Positions 40,498 to 50,271 of a DNA stretch of 64,000 nt are shown here, one piece after another; the stretch's first letter is position 1, and every line of letters starts with the position of its first letter. The DNA is taken from positions 5,446 through 69,445 of the forward strand of contig CAMYKD010000003.1 of the NCBI GenBank assembly GCA_947258885.1, written 5' to 3'. Under the pieces are notes generated by a model that did no database searches, was not told the origin of the DNA, and saw only the letters and a list, made by a program, of their open reading frames with translations. Both the position numbers and the translations under genes were made by a program. Source of the DNA: an uncultured Kiloniellales bacterium (lineage in GTDB: Bacteria > Pseudomonadota > Alphaproteobacteria > Kiloniellales > JAKSDN01).

Positions 40498-41046
40498 ATG
40501 GCCGCGACCCCGGACGACGTGCTCGAATTCTGGTTCGCCCAAGGCATGGCGGAACGCTGGTTCAAGAAGGACCCGGCCTTCGACGGCGAGGTGCGCCAGG
40601 TCCTGCTGCCGCTTCATGAGCAGGCCGCCGCGGGTGAGCTGGACGGTTGGGGCCAGAGCGCGCGGGGGGCGCTGGCGCTGGTCATCCTGCTCGACCAGGT
40701 GCCGCGCAACCTGTTTCGCGGCGAGCCGCGCGCCTTCGCGAGCGACGCCAAGGCGCTTGCCGTAACCAAGCGGGCGCTCCGGGAGGGCCTCGACAAGACG
40801 CTGCGGCAGGCCGAGCGCATGTTCCTCTACCTGCCGCTGGAGCACTGCGAGGACTTGGCCGACCAGGAGCTCTGCGTGACGCTCACCGGATCGCTGGACG
40901 AGAACCCGGAATGGCACGACTACGCGGTCCGGCACCGCGACGTCGTCGCCCGCTTCGGCCGCTTCCCGCACCGAAACGCGGCCCTCGGCCGCGAGACCAC
41001 GACCGAGGAGCAAGCGTTCCTGAAGGAGCCCGGCTCCTCATTCTGA
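40498..41046 (+). CDS. DUF924 family protein
   Basis: MAATPDDVLEFWF...WFKKDPAFD...LILLDQVPRNLFRG...FLYLPLEH.EDL...H.DVVARFGRFPHRNAALGRETT.EE..FL is the classic DUF924 pattern. Confidence 0.8.
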   Translation: MAATPDDVLEFWFAQGMAERWFKKDPAFDGEVRQVLLPLHEQAAAGELDGWGQSARGALALVILLDQVPRNLFRGEPRAFASDAKALAVTKRALREGLDKTLRQAERMFLYLPLEHCEDLADQELCVTLTGSLDENPEWHDYAVRHRDVVARFGRFPHRNAALGRETTTEEQAFLKEPGSSF

Positions 41047-41156
41047 TACATAGCGTAAATCCGGCGGTCGCTCTCCTTTCCGTGGCCCGTTGGGGCATTG
41101 CTAGTGACCCCGCATCTTAGGCCCAGGGGAGCGACCGCCGGAATTACGCTATGTAT
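41046..41156. repeat. 111-bp palindromic element: ~30-bp near-perfect inverted repeat arms around a ~50-nt spacer, exactly filling a convergent intergenic gap
   Basis: The left arm is ATACATAGCGTAAATCCGGCGGTCGCTCTCC (41046-41076). The reverse complement of the right arm (41127-41156) is ATACATAGCGTAATTCCGGCGGTCGCTCCC(C). That leaves 2-3 mismatches. Confidence 0.75.
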
Positions 41157-41176
41157 GAGTGGTTCGACCGAAGCGA

Positions 41177-43732
41177 TCAGTCTTCGCCGTCGCCGCCCTC
41201 CACCTTGCGGAGGCGCGGTGGCCGGCCGGCCGGCGCCGCATCCTCGCGCCCCGGGCGGCGGGCGGCGATGGCGTCTGCCAGCCGGTCGATGTTCCTGACG
41301 TGCAGATCGCGCTGCGGAAAGGGGATTGCGATCCCGGCTTCGCGAAAGGCCTTGTCGATCGCGGTCAGCAGGTCGCTCTGTGCCGAATAGATATTCTCGA
41401 TGTTCGACAGGAAGCCGCGTGCCTCGAATTCGAGCGCGCTGTCGCCGAGGCGCCTGAACAGGACCTTCGGCGCCGGCCAGGCTACGATGTCCTGGTTCTC
41501 CTTCAGGCAGGTCATCAGGATTTCCTTCACCTGCTCGACGTCCGAGCCGTAGGCGACACCCACCGGCACGTCGACCCGGCCGTAACGATCCTTGTGGGTC
41601 CAGTTGACGACGGCGGTCGAAACGATTTCGCTGTTGGGAATGACGATCGAGGCGCGCTGAAAGGTCTCGAGCTCGGTGGCGCGCAGGCGGATGTTTTTGA
41701 CGTAGCCCTCGTTGGCGCCGACCACGACCCAGTCGCCGACTTTGATCGGCCGCTCGATCAGCAGGATGAGGCCGGACACGAAATTGTTGACCACGCCCTG
41801 CAGGCCGAAGCCGATGCCGACCGAGAGCGCCCCGAAGATCAGCGCCAGGTTGGTCAGGTCGAGGCCGATCGCGGCGGTGCCCAGCGCGAGGGCAATGATC
41901 AGGCCCAGATAGCCGAAGCCCGCCGAGAGCGAATGGCGCAGACCGGGATCGAGCCCGGTTTGCGGCAGAACGCGTTCGGCGAGCAGGCGCTGCAGCATCC
42001 GGACGACGATGAGCGCGATAACAAAAATGGACAGCGCGGTGACGATGTCGACGATGGAAATCGTGACGTCGCCGACCGTGATGCCCTGGAGCGCGTCCTT
42101 CGTCCACGCCCACATGTCGGCCAACGGCACGCCCCATAGAACGAGGACCAGGAACGAACCGATACCGAAGGTCACGATGTCGAGCAGGGCGCGGAGCCAG
42201 AACTTGAACAGATTGCGCGTGGCGTGCCGGATTGCCAGGCGCTCCTGGAGGAAGCTGGAGCGCAGCGCGCCTCCGATCAGCTCCCGGCACAGGCCGCGCA
42301 ACAGAAACAGGATCCCGACGACCACCCCGCTGGCGAGCAGGCTTTCGCTCAAATAGGCGCCGAGATTCGCGTGGCCAAGCAGGGCCGCAGGCACGGCGGT
42401 GAGCGCGATGGCGGCGATGAGAAGGCGCTGCGCGTTCCAGAAGGTCGATGGCGGTGGCGCCTGGGCTGCTGGCTCGTCGGCTTCAGGGCCTTGTTCCGGT
42501 TGCGCGGTGGCGCCCGTTAGCCCGCCGATCCACAGCCTGCCCTGGACCAGGGCCAGGACGCCGGCTGCCTCGAGTGCGGCAACGACGAATTCGAACACGG
42601 ACGTGAACGAGTCCGAATAGACGAGGCTTCCGCTCAAGATGGTGAAGAAGGTATCGATGGCGAAGACGGACGCGAGAAAGGTGACGCGGCGGTTGATCGT
42701 ACGGGCGTTCGCCGGCGAAAGTCCGACCAGGCGCCAGGCCGGCAGCTCCGGCGCCAAGACCGCACGCGGCAGGGCATAGGCCAGAGCCAGGAAAACCGAC
42801 ATGATACAGGCCGCCGCGACCGCATCGGCGAACAGGCCGCCGACGATCGTGGCCTCGCTCGAGACATAGTAGTAGAGCGCGCCGAAGATCAGGGCCGGCA
42901 CGATGCCGCTGGCCAAGCCCTCGCAGATGCCGGCAAGGAGCCGGCGGGCATAGGTCGGCTCCTCGATCGCCCGGTCGCGCCCGAACCAGCGCCGCAAGGC
43001 GATGCGAATGACCAATCCGAAAAGCAGCGCCAAGGCGGCGAGCATGACCGAGCGGAGAAAAGCCTCCTGCTCGCGCTGCTGCGGCGTCAGGCCGTGCCAC
43101 CACTCGAGCGGCGATCGGGCCAGGGTCGACAGGTGCGCGAAGAACTCCGGAACCGCGATGGCCAGGGTGCTTGGCGCCAACGGCAAGGGAAAGCGTTTGA
43201 ACAGGGTCTCTATCTGCGCCCCCCGGGTGCGCGCCTTGATCGCGTCGGCCAGCTCGTCGGTCCGCTTCAAGGCCAGAGCAGCCTGCTTGATGCGTGTCTC
43301 GTAGGCGGTGATGTCTTCCGCGATCTTCCGGCGTTCCTCGGCGATCGTCTCGTCTTCCGGAGGTTCGCCGTCCTCGGGCGGTGGCCCCAGTGCTTCGGCC
43401 CGCGCGCTCAGCGGCTCGACCAGCGCCGCGCTCTTGGATTGAATCTCCTCGGCCTCGGCGCGGATCGTCGCGAGGCGCTGCGACAGCTTTGCGGCGCGGT
43501 CCTCGGACAAAGTCGGTTGCGCAAGCTCTTGCGCGGCCAGGTCGAGCGAATGGTTCCAGTCGCCGACTATGGTGCTGAACGGCCGCTGCGGCTCCTGCGC
43601 CGCGCCGGTGCCGGTCAACAGCCACAGGACGGTGACGAGCCAGAGCGATTTGGCGGAGTGACGAAACGGCAAGATTCGGCGCGCTTTCGGTTGGCCCTGC
43701 GCCACTCTAGCACAGGGCCCCGCAAGGGCCAT
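41177..43732 (-). CDS. Large mechanosensitive channel, MscK/KefA-like (periplasmic coiled-coil N-domain, multi-TM, MscS core)
   Basis: 851 aa with signal-like LWLVTVLWLLTGTGAAQ and a long helical N-terminal domain. About 11 TM helices follow, then ALSVGIGFGLQGVVNNFVSGLILLIERPIKVGDWVVVG..EGYVKNIRLRATELETF....VIPNSE. Confidence 0.85.
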   Translation of the reverse strand: MALAGPCARVAQGQPKARRILPFRHSAKSLWLVTVLWLLTGTGAAQEPQRPFSTIVGDWNHSLDLAAQELAQPTLSEDRAAKLSQRLATIRAEAEEIQSKSAALVEPLSARAEALGPPPEDGEPPEDETIAEERRKIAEDITAYETRIKQAALALKRTDELADAIKARTRGAQIETLFKRFPLPLAPSTLAIAVPEFFAHLSTLARSPLEWWHGLTPQQREQEAFLRSVMLAALALLFGLVIRIALRRWFGRDRAIEEPTYARRLLAGICEGLASGIVPALIFGALYYYVSSEATIVGGLFADAVAAACIMSVFLALAYALPRAVLAPELPAWRLVGLSPANARTINRRVTFLASVFAIDTFFTILSGSLVYSDSFTSVFEFVVAALEAAGVLALVQGRLWIGGLTGATAQPEQGPEADEPAAQAPPPSTFWNAQRLLIAAIALTAVPAALLGHANLGAYLSESLLASGVVVGILFLLRGLCRELIGGALRSSFLQERLAIRHATRNLFKFWLRALLDIVTFGIGSFLVLVLWGVPLADMWAWTKDALQGITVGDVTISIVDIVTALSIFVIALIVVRMLQRLLAERVLPQTGLDPGLRHSLSAGFGYLGLIIALALGTAAIGLDLTNLALIFGALSVGIGFGLQGVVNNFVSGLILLIERPIKVGDWVVVGANEGYVKNIRLRATELETFQRASIVIPNSEIVSTAVVNWTHKDRYGRVDVPVGVAYGSDVEQVKEILMTCLKENQDIVAWPAPKVLFRRLGDSALEFEARGFLSNIENIYSAQSDLLTAIDKAFREAGIAIPFPQRDLHVRNIDRLADAIAARRPGREDAAPAGRPPRLRKVEGGDGED

Positions 43733-43745
43733 CGCCTATCCGTCG

Positions 43746-44717
43746 CTACGCAGCCTTCAAGTGCTCCCGGTCGTGCGGCGCGTCGAAATCGATCTCCGGG
43801 CCCTTGGGCACGATGCCGGTCGGGTTGACGGCCGCGTGGCTGCCGAAATAGTGCTGCTTGATGTGGTGCAGGTCGACCGTCTCGGCCACGCCCGGCATCT
43901 GGTAGAGCTCGCGGGTGTAGGCCCAGAGGTTCGGGTAGTCGACCAGGCGCCGCTTGTTGCACTTGAAGTGGCCGACGTAGACCGGATCGAAGCGCAGCAG
44001 GGTGGTGAACAGGCGCCAGTCGGCCTCGGTCAGGCGCCCGCCGACCAGATAACGCTGCCCGGCGAGCCGCGCCTCCAAGGTGTTCAAGGTGTCGAACAGG
44101 GCGTCGAAAGCCTCCTCGTAGACCTCTTGGCTGGTCGCGAAGCCGGCCTTGTACACGCCGTTGTTGACGGAATGATAGACGGTCTCGTTGATCTCGTCGA
44201 TCGCCCCGCGCAGTTCCTTCGGATAGAAGTCCAGCTCCGGGCGCTCGGCCATGGCGTTGAACTGGCTGTTCAGCATGCGGATGATTTCGGCGGACTCGTT
44301 GTTGACGATCGTGCTTTCGCGCGTGTCCCAGAACACCGGCACGGTGACCCGGCCGGTGTAGTCGTTCTTGGCCCGGGTGTAGATCTCGTGGAGGTGGCCG
44401 GCGCCGAACAAGGCATCGCCGGTGGCGCCGGGGCCTTGGCGGAACTCCCAGCCGGTTTCGCCCATGTGCCAGTGGACCACGGACACCGGGATCACGTCCT
44501 CCAACCCCTTCAGCTTGCGGAAGATCAGCGTCCGGTGCGCCCAGGGGCAGGCAAGCGACACGTAGAGGTGATAGCGCCCCGGCTCGGCCTTGAAACCCGA
44601 TGCGCCGTCGGACGTAACCTCTTTGCGGAACTGGCTTTCCTGGCGCTGAAAGCGTCCGCCGCTCCGCTTCGTGTCGTACCACCGGTCGTGCCACGCACCG
44701 TCGATCAACAGTCCCAT
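43746..44717 (-). CDS. yqjG: Glutathionyl-hydroquinone reductase (Xi-class GST, YqjG/ECM4-like)
   Basis: Start MGLLIDGAWHD... RFQRQESQFR...AEPGRYHLYVSLACPWAHRTLIFRKLKGLE (CPWA motif)...HYFGSH are hallmark segments. Confidence 0.85.
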   Translation of the reverse strand: MGLLIDGAWHDRWYDTKRSGGRFQRQESQFRKEVTSDGASGFKAEPGRYHLYVSLACPWAHRTLIFRKLKGLEDVIPVSVVHWHMGETGWEFRQGPGATGDALFGAGHLHEIYTRAKNDYTGRVTVPVFWDTRESTIVNNESAEIIRMLNSQFNAMAERPELDFYPKELRGAIDEINETVYHSVNNGVYKAGFATSQEVYEEAFDALFDTLNTLEARLAGQRYLVGGRLTEADWRLFTTLLRFDPVYVGHFKCNKRRLVDYPNLWAYTRELYQMPGVAETVDLHHIKQHYFGSHAAVNPTGIVPKGPEIDFDAPHDREHLKAA

Positions 44718-44796
44718 CGCACCATCCTCCGGTCGGATCGAGGCATGAAGACGCCCGGCGGCACGACAGGCGCCGCCGGCCGCGCTGCAAAAGACG

Positions 44797-45270
44797 TCAG
44801 AACTCCCGGCCGATCTTGCGGTCGACCGACATCTCGCCGCCGCCGCGGAACGCAATGGCGAGCGCGATCAGGCCCCAGAGCAGCGGATACTCGTAGCCGC
44901 CCTTGTTCCAGAAGAAACCGCTCGGCAGATGGACCACGAAGGCGGCATAGGCCATCACGATGGCGATGCCGACAGCCGCCGGGCGGGTGAGAAATCCGAC
45001 CGCCAGGAACAGGCCGCCGAAGAACTCGGTCGCGCCGACCAGCCCGGCCCAGAAGATGCCCGGCTCCAGGCCCAGGTTCTGGGCGAAAAATCCGCCGGTG
45101 CCCTCGAGGCCGCCGCCGCCGAACCAGCCGAACAGCTTCTGCGCGCCGTGCGGCATCAATATGAGCCCGGTGAAGAACCGGATCATGGGATAGGAGAGGC
45201 CCGACAGGCTGCCATAGAGCGGCTGCAGCGCCGGGACGATCAGGCGGGTCGATGCGGTTCCATTGGTCAT
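44797..45270 (-). CDS. DoxX family membrane protein
   Basis: 157 aa with four TM helices. RFFTGLILMPHGAQKLFGWFGGGGLEGTGGFF is the typical DoxX N-terminal motif. Confidence 0.8.
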   Translation of the reverse strand: MTNGTASTRLIVPALQPLYGSLSGLSYPMIRFFTGLILMPHGAQKLFGWFGGGGLEGTGGFFAQNLGLEPGIFWAGLVGATEFFGGLFLAVGFLTRPAAVGIAIVMAYAAFVVHLPSGFFWNKGGYEYPLLWGLIALAIAFRGGGEMSVDRKIGREF

Positions 45271-45301
45271 GGCTCAGGCTCCTTGTTTCGATTGCAGGAA
45301 A

Positions 45302-46000
45302 TCACGGCAGGTCGGCCAGAAGTATATCCGAGTCCTCCAGTGCAGTAACCGTGAGTGTATCTTCGCCGGTTATGACAATGCCGTCACGTGCATTCGCCAA
45401 GACGCCGTTTACCTCGATTCGCCCTCGGGAGGGAACCAAATAGGCCCGGCGCCCTTCGCCGATAGGGTGCGTCACGCTCTGCCCCGGTGTCAGCGCCGCG
45501 CCAAGGACCGCCGCGTCCTGACGGATCGGCAGGGCGCCGTCGTCGCCCGCGCGGCCCGAGGCGAGCGCGACCAGCGTAGCGGCGCGCTCGGCCTTGGGGA
45601 AGCGGCGCGTCGCCCAGCGGGGCTCGAGGCGGGCTTCGTCCGGCTCGATCCAGATCTGGAAGATCTGAGTTGCCTCGTCCTCCAGGTTGTACTCGGCGTG
45701 GCGGATCCCGGTGCCGGCCGACATGACCTGCACGTCGCCGGCCACGGTGCGGCCCTCGTTGCCCAGGTGGTCGCGGTGCGAGATCGCGCCGCGGCGGACA
45801 TACGTGATGATCTCCATATCCCGGTGGCCGTGTGGGTCGAATCCGGTCCCCGGCTGAATCGTGTCGTCGTTCCAGACCAGCAGCGGCCCCAGGCCGCTGC
45901 GCGCCGGGTCGTGGTAGTTGGCGAAGCTGAAGTGATAGCGTGCGCTCAGCCAGTCGATGTCCAGCCGGCCCAGGGTCTCGAAAGGGATGACTTCGATCAC
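45302..46000 (-). CDS. Pirin family protein (bicupin, YhhW-like)
   Basis: 232 aa. GFDPHGHRDMEIITYVRRGAISHRDHLGN....GDVQVMSAGTGIRHAEYN carries the metal-binding His/Glu cupin motif. Confidence 0.85.
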   Translation of the reverse strand: MIEVIPFETLGRLDIDWLSARYHFSFANYHDPARSGLGPLLVWNDDTIQPGTGFDPHGHRDMEIITYVRRGAISHRDHLGNEGRTVAGDVQVMSAGTGIRHAEYNLEDEATQIFQIWIEPDEARLEPRWATRRFPKAERAATLVALASGRAGDDGALPIRQDAAVLGAALTPGQSVTHPIGEGRRAYLVPSRGRIEVNGVLANARDGIVITGEDTLTVTALEDSDILLADLP

Positions 46001-46020
46001 GGCGCTGCTCTCCTTCCGGT

Positions 46021-46623
46021 TCAGGCCGCCAGTTTGGCGGCGACCTCGGCCACGTGCCGGCCTTGGAAACGGGCGATCGCGAGCTCGTTCTCGCTTGGTT
46101 GGCGGCTGCCGTCGCCCCCGGCCAGGGTCGAGGCGCCGTAGGGCGTGCCGCCGCTGATCTCGTCCATGTTCATGAGCTCCTGACAGGCGTAGGGCACGCC
46201 GACGACCACCATGCCCTGGTGCAGCAGTGTCGTATGGAACGAGGTGATGGTGGTCTCCTGGCCGCCGTGCTGGGTCGCGGTGGAGACGAAGACGCTGCCG
46301 ACCTTGCCGACCAGGGCGCCGCTCATCCAGAGGCCGCCGGTCTGATCCAGGAAGTTGCGCATCTGCGCGGCCATGTTGCCGAAACGCGTCGGCGTGCCGA
46401 AGATGATCGCGTCATAGTCGCCGAGCTCCTCGGGCTTCGCCGTCGGTGCCGCCTGGTCGAGCTTCATGCCGGCCTGCTTCGCGACCTCCTCGGGGACCAG
46501 TTCCGGCACCCGCTTGACCGTGACCTCGACCCCGGAGACACCGTCTGCCCCCTCGGCCACCGCCTCGGCCATCGTCTCCACGTGTCCATAGCCACTGTAG
46601 TACAGCACTAGAAGTTTGCTCAT
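46021..46623 (-). CDS. wrbA: NAD(P)H:quinone oxidoreductase WrbA (flavodoxin-like)
   Basis: The real start is [26 protein letters not shown] (cat at 46621-46623). ...[51 protein letters not shown] follows. The remaining 350 codons of track ORF 46021..47673 are antisense to lysR. Confidence 0.9.
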   Translation of the reverse strand: MSKLLVLYYSGYGHVETMAEAVAEGADGVSGVEVTVKRVPELVPEEVAKQAGMKLDQAAPTAKPEELGDYDAIIFGTPTRFGNMAAQMRNFLDQTGGLWMSGALVGKVGSVFVSTATQHGGQETTITSFHTTLLHQGMVVVGVPYACQELMNMDEISGGTPYGASTLAGGDGSRQPSENELAIARFQGRHVAEVAAKLAA

Positions 46624-46752
46624 GGCGCGCTCCGATCGCGTTATGGATGTGAGCCAGGGAACCGACTGGCCGGGCCCTGAAAATAGGGCGTTCTCTCGGA
46701 AAAAATAATATGCTGAAATAGAATAATATTGTTTCCCACAGGAAACTATCGA

Positions 46753-47670
46753 ATGTTGGATCTCAGCGCCATGACGGTCTTTGCCCGGGTCGTCGAAACG
46801 GAAAGCTTTACCCGGGCCGCGGAGGACCTGAGGCTGTCCAAGTCCGCCGTCTCCAAGCAGGTGAGCCGGCTCGAGGACCGGCTTGGCGTGCGGCTCCTGA
46901 ACCGCACGACCCGCCGCCTCTCCCTGACCGAGGCGGGGGCCGCCTTCTACGAGGGGTGCCAGAAGACGCTGAGCGAGGCCGAGGCGGCCGAGCAGGCGGT
47001 CACCCACCTGGCCATGGCGCCGCGCGGCGTGCTCAGGGTCGCCGCGCCCATGTCCTTCGGCTTCCTGCACGTCGGACCCGCGCTGCCCGAACTCCTCGGG
47101 CGCTGCCCGGAACTGACCCTCGACCTCGCCCTCAACGACCGCATGGTCGACCTGGTGGAGGAGGGATACGACGTGGCGATTCGCATCGGCGTGCTCGCCG
47201 ATTCGAGCCTGGTCGCCCGCCGCCTGGCGCCGAGCCGGCTGGTCCTCTGCGCCGCGCCGGGGTATCTGGCGGAGCGTGGCCAGCCGGCCGCGCCGGAGGA
47301 TCTCGCCCGCCACGACTGCGCGAGCTACAGCTACCGGACGGCCGGTCCCGAATGGCGGTTTCGCGGCCCCGACGGCCTGCACCGGGTCAAGGTGTCGGGG
47401 CGCCTCGCCGTGAACAACGGCGACGTCCTGCTGGCCGCGGCGCTGGGCGGCCTGGGAATCGTCATGCTGCCCAGCTTCATTGCCGGGGACGCCCTGCGCG
47501 CCGGACGTCTGGTGCGGGTGCTGCCCGGTTGGCGAGTCGCCGAGGAGGCCAACGTCTACGCGGTCTATCCGGCGAGCCGCAACCTCTCGCTCAAGGTCCG
47601 GGTCTTCGTCGACTTCCTGGCCGCGCGCTTCGGCGAGCCGCCTTATTGGGACGAGGGGCTCGGCCCGTGA
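46753..47670 (+). CDS. LysR-family transcriptional regulator, divergent from the wrbA-pirin-doxX-yqjG genes
   Basis: [62 protein letters not shown] is a LysR HTH. It is followed by a substrate-binding domain. An AT-rich patch (aataatatgctgaaatagaataatattg) lies in the 130-bp divergent region. Confidence 0.85.
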   Translation: MLDLSAMTVFARVVETESFTRAAEDLRLSKSAVSKQVSRLEDRLGVRLLNRTTRRLSLTEAGAAFYEGCQKTLSEAEAAEQAVTHLAMAPRGVLRVAAPMSFGFLHVGPALPELLGRCPELTLDLALNDRMVDLVEEGYDVAIRIGVLADSSLVARRLAPSRLVLCAAPGYLAERGQPAAPEDLARHDCASYSYRTAGPEWRFRGPDGLHRVKVSGRLAVNNGDVLLAAALGGLGIVMLPSFIAGDALRAGRLVRVLPGWRVAEEANVYAVYPASRNLSLKVRVFVDFLAARFGEPPYWDEGLGP

Positions 47671-48557
47671 CACGGCATCACCGGGCTTTGCCCGCCCTGG
47701 CCGTGGCGGGCTCGGCCGTCCTGTGGGGACTGTGGTGGCTGCCGCTGCGCTGGCTGGCGGCCGGCGACCTGCCCGGCGATTGGAGCAGCCTGGCGATCTA
47801 TGGCGCCGCGGTCCTGGTTCTGCTGCCGGTCGCCTGGTACCGCCGCCGGCGCTTGCGGGCCGGCGGGATTCCGCTGCTTCTGATCGGCCTCAGCTTCGGG
47901 GCCGTCCTGACCTTGTGGAACCACGGCGTCCTGGTGGGCGAGGTGGTTCGCGTCGTGCTGCTGTTCTACCTGGCCCCGGTCTGGGCGACCGGCTTCGGCT
48001 GGCTGCTGCTGGGCGACCGGCCGGGCGCGCGGCGACTCGTCAGCATCCTCATGGGCCTCGGCGGCGCGGCCGTGGTCCTCGGTTTGGAGGGCGGGTTTCC
48101 CCTGCCTCGCTCCGAAGGCGACTGGTTCGGCCTGGTCTCGGGTCTGCTGTTCGCGGTGACCCTGACATTGACCCGGCGGGCACCCCAGGTCGGCGGCCTC
48201 GAGACCAGCTTCGTCTCCTTCGTCGGCGGCACCGTGATCGCCCTGGGCTTCGTGCTGTTCCTGCCGGACCAGGTCCCGGTACCGGCCGGTCTGGCGGACG
48301 CCTTGCCGCCCGCGGCGCTGGTCGCCGCCCTCTGGCTGCTGCCGCAGACCTGGCTCGTCTTCTGGGGCGCGGCGCGGCTCGATCCGGGGCGGGTATCGAT
48401 CATTCTGCTGATCGAGGTGGTCACGGCGGCGGCGAGCGCCGCGGTCCTGACCGGCGAGCCCTTCGGCTTGCGCGAGGCCGCGGGCTGCGCGCTCATCCTG
48501 GGCGCCGGCCTGCTTGAAGGGTTCGCCGCACTGCGCCGTCCCGCGCCCGCCCCATAG
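47667..48557 (+). CDS. EamA/DMT-family transporter
   Basis: The GTG at 47667 overlaps the lysR stop (GTGA). There are ten hydrophobic helices. Two EamA-like halves are visible ([18 protein letters not shown] and [22 protein letters not shown]). Confidence 0.7.
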   Translation: MTRHHRALPALAVAGSAVLWGLWWLPLRWLAAGDLPGDWSSLAIYGAAVLVLLPVAWYRRRRLRAGGIPLLLIGLSFGAVLTLWNHGVLVGEVVRVVLLFYLAPVWATGFGWLLLGDRPGARRLVSILMGLGGAAVVLGLEGGFPLPRSEGDWFGLVSGLLFAVTLTLTRRAPQVGGLETSFVSFVGGTVIALGFVLFLPDQVPVPAGLADALPPAALVAALWLLPQTWLVFWGAARLDPGRVSIILLIEVVTAAASAAVLTGEPFGLREAAGCALILGAGLLEGFAALRRPAPAP

Positions 48558-48602
48558 GCAGGGGCATCGCACGTCGGGGGTGGTGTGCGTTTCGCGCCCT
48601 TC

Positions 48603-48683
48603 GAGACGCGCCCTTCGGGCGCTCCTCAGGACGAGGGGATAAGGATCATCCTCATGGTGAGGAGCCGCCGCAGGCGGCGTCTC
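48603..48683. repeat. ~80-bp imperfect palindromic intergenic element of the type widespread in alphaproteobacterial genomes
   Basis: There are nested inverted repeats: GAGACGC (48603-48609) with GCGTCTC (48677-48683), and GCTCCTCA (48621-48628) with TGAGGAGC (48658-48665). Small GC hairpins lie between them. The spurious translation ...RPSGAPQDEG...LMVRSRRRRRL... resembles repeat-encoded pseudo-peptides I have seen in many alphaproteobacteria. Copy number cannot be judged from one window. Confidence 0.5.
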
Positions 48684-49040
48684 AAACCATGGTCATCGAA
48701 CACCGCGAAATACGATTGCCCCAGCCGCATAGCCCTCTGCCGGGGAAAATCGTGGCGCGCGGCCGGGGTCTGTGATACATCCGGCGTTCCATTTTGCAAC
48801 CCGACCAGGGAACCGATCCGATGGCCGCAGGCAGCATCTTCCGACGACGATGCGGACGCGCGCGACGACCCCGCGCAGAGGGGCCTGCGCTCTAGCGTTC
48901 GATCGGCCTGCGGGACGGCAATGACCGGATCCGAGGGACTCGAGGAAAGGCAAGCGAGCGACCGGCCCCGCCGGGCGACCGGCAGCACGCCTTTCCCGAC
49001 ATCGCCGCAAGCTGGCGCGGCACCCTTGACCGGAACGACC

Positions 49041-49541
49041 ATGGCTTTCCAAATACGGCCGCAACGGCCCCAAGACCCCGAACACTTCGACTCGCTGCTC
49101 GACCGGACCTTCGGGACCGATCGGCTGAACAAGACCGTCTACCGACTGCGCGAGGGGGTCGCGGACCTGGCCGACCTGCGCTTCGTCGCCGTCGGGCCGG
49201 ACGGCGGCCTGCTCGCCTCGCTGCGCTTCTGGCCGATCGCGATCGGAACGGCGCCGGCCATTCTGCTCGGGCCGCTCGCGGTCGAGCCGGCCCTCCAGGG
49301 CCGGGGCATCGGCAGGGCGCTCGTGCGCCACGGGCTCGGCGAGGCCCGGCGCCTGGGCCACCGCGTCTGCGCCGTGGTCGGCGAGCCCGAATACTACGGC
49401 CCCTACGGCTTCGTGAACGCGCCCGCCGTGGGCCTGGCCCTGCCCGGGCCGGTCGACCCGCGCCGCTTCCAGGTGCTGGAACTCGAACCCGGTGCGCTCG
49501 ACGGCCTCAGCGGCCCGATCGGCCGGGCCGCGCCAGCCTGA
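49041..49541 (+). CDS. GNAT-family N-acetyltransferase
   Basis: Start MAFQIRPQRPQDPEHFDSLLDRTFG. The acetyl-CoA site is LGPLAVEPALQGRGIGRALVRHGL. At 166 aa it has the typical small-GNAT length. The upstream 150 codons of the track ORF look non-coding. Confidence 0.8.
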   Translation: MAFQIRPQRPQDPEHFDSLLDRTFGTDRLNKTVYRLREGVADLADLRFVAVGPDGGLLASLRFWPIAIGTAPAILLGPLAVEPALQGRGIGRALVRHGLGEARRLGHRVCAVVGEPEYYGPYGFVNAPAVGLALPGPVDPRRFQVLELEPGALDGLSGPIGRAAPA

Positions 49542-49588
49542 AGCCGGATTCGCGACGCCCGGGCCGACCGGCCGCCGGCATGTCCGCT

Positions 49589-50197
49589 CTATCGGGGCCG
49601 CAGGACGAGCAGCTTGATGATGTCCTGAAACAAGAAACGGTCCTCGATCAGCTCGAGGCCGGCGGCGTCCAGGTACTGCTCGGTGTCGCGGTCGAAGGTG
49701 GCGCCGTAGACGAGGCGCACCCAGGGCGCCCACAAGCGCATCACGAAGCGCTTCAGCGGATCGCGCGAGTAGGCGTACTCGAGGAGCCGAATTTCGCCGC
49801 CCGGCTTGCAGACCCTGCGCAGCTCGCGGAGCGCCGGCAGCTGGTCCTCGTCGTCGAGCACGCAGAAGAGGAAGGTGGCGACCACATAGTCGAAATGTCC
49901 GTCGGGAAAGTCGGTGGCCATGGCGTTCATCCGGCGCAGCTCGGCCGCGACTCCCAGGCGCGCCTTGCGCTTTCGGGCCTGGGCCAGCATCCGGGGGCTC
50001 AAGTCGATCCCGACCACCTCGCCGCTCGGCGGATAGAAGGGCATGTTCCGTCCCGTCCCCACGCCCGCGTCGAGAACGGCCCCGCCCACGTCCTCGAACA
50101 GAGTACGCCGGATCGGCCGATAGCGCCGGTACTCGAAGGGCAAATCCAATAGGTCGTAGATCCGCGCTATGCGGTCGTAGGTTTGTTTCTCGCCCAC
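49589..50197 (-). CDS. Class I SAM-dependent methyltransferase (UbiE/Methyltransf_11-like)
   Basis: YDRIARIYDLLD...VLDAGVGTGRNMPFY...VVGIDLSPRML...FDYVVATFLFCVL...LRRVCKPGGEIRLLE. I prefer the GTG at 50197 (VGEKQTYDRIA). The track start (GTG at 50290) would overlap the upstream gene by 19 nt. Confidence 0.75.
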   Translation of the reverse strand: MGEKQTYDRIARIYDLLDLPFEYRRYRPIRRTLFEDVGGAVLDAGVGTGRNMPFYPPSGEVVGIDLSPRMLAQARKRKARLGVAAELRRMNAMATDFPDGHFDYVVATFLFCVLDDEDQLPALRELRRVCKPGGEIRLLEYAYSRDPLKRFVMRLWAPWVRLVYGATFDRDTEQYLDAAGLELIEDRFLFQDIIKLLVLRPR

Positions 50198-50271
50198 GCG
50201 CCGGCCGCCCCTGTTCCTGCGGTGCGAACTTCGGAGTCTCCGGTCACTATCGCACGGAGGGGCACCGGGGC

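Noticed and set aside
46624-47673. N-terminal 350 codons of the 550-aa minus-strand ORF 46021..47673.
   Set aside because: Only the last 200 codons are WrbA, with a clean [14 protein letters not shown] start. The rest is antisense to the LysR regulator.
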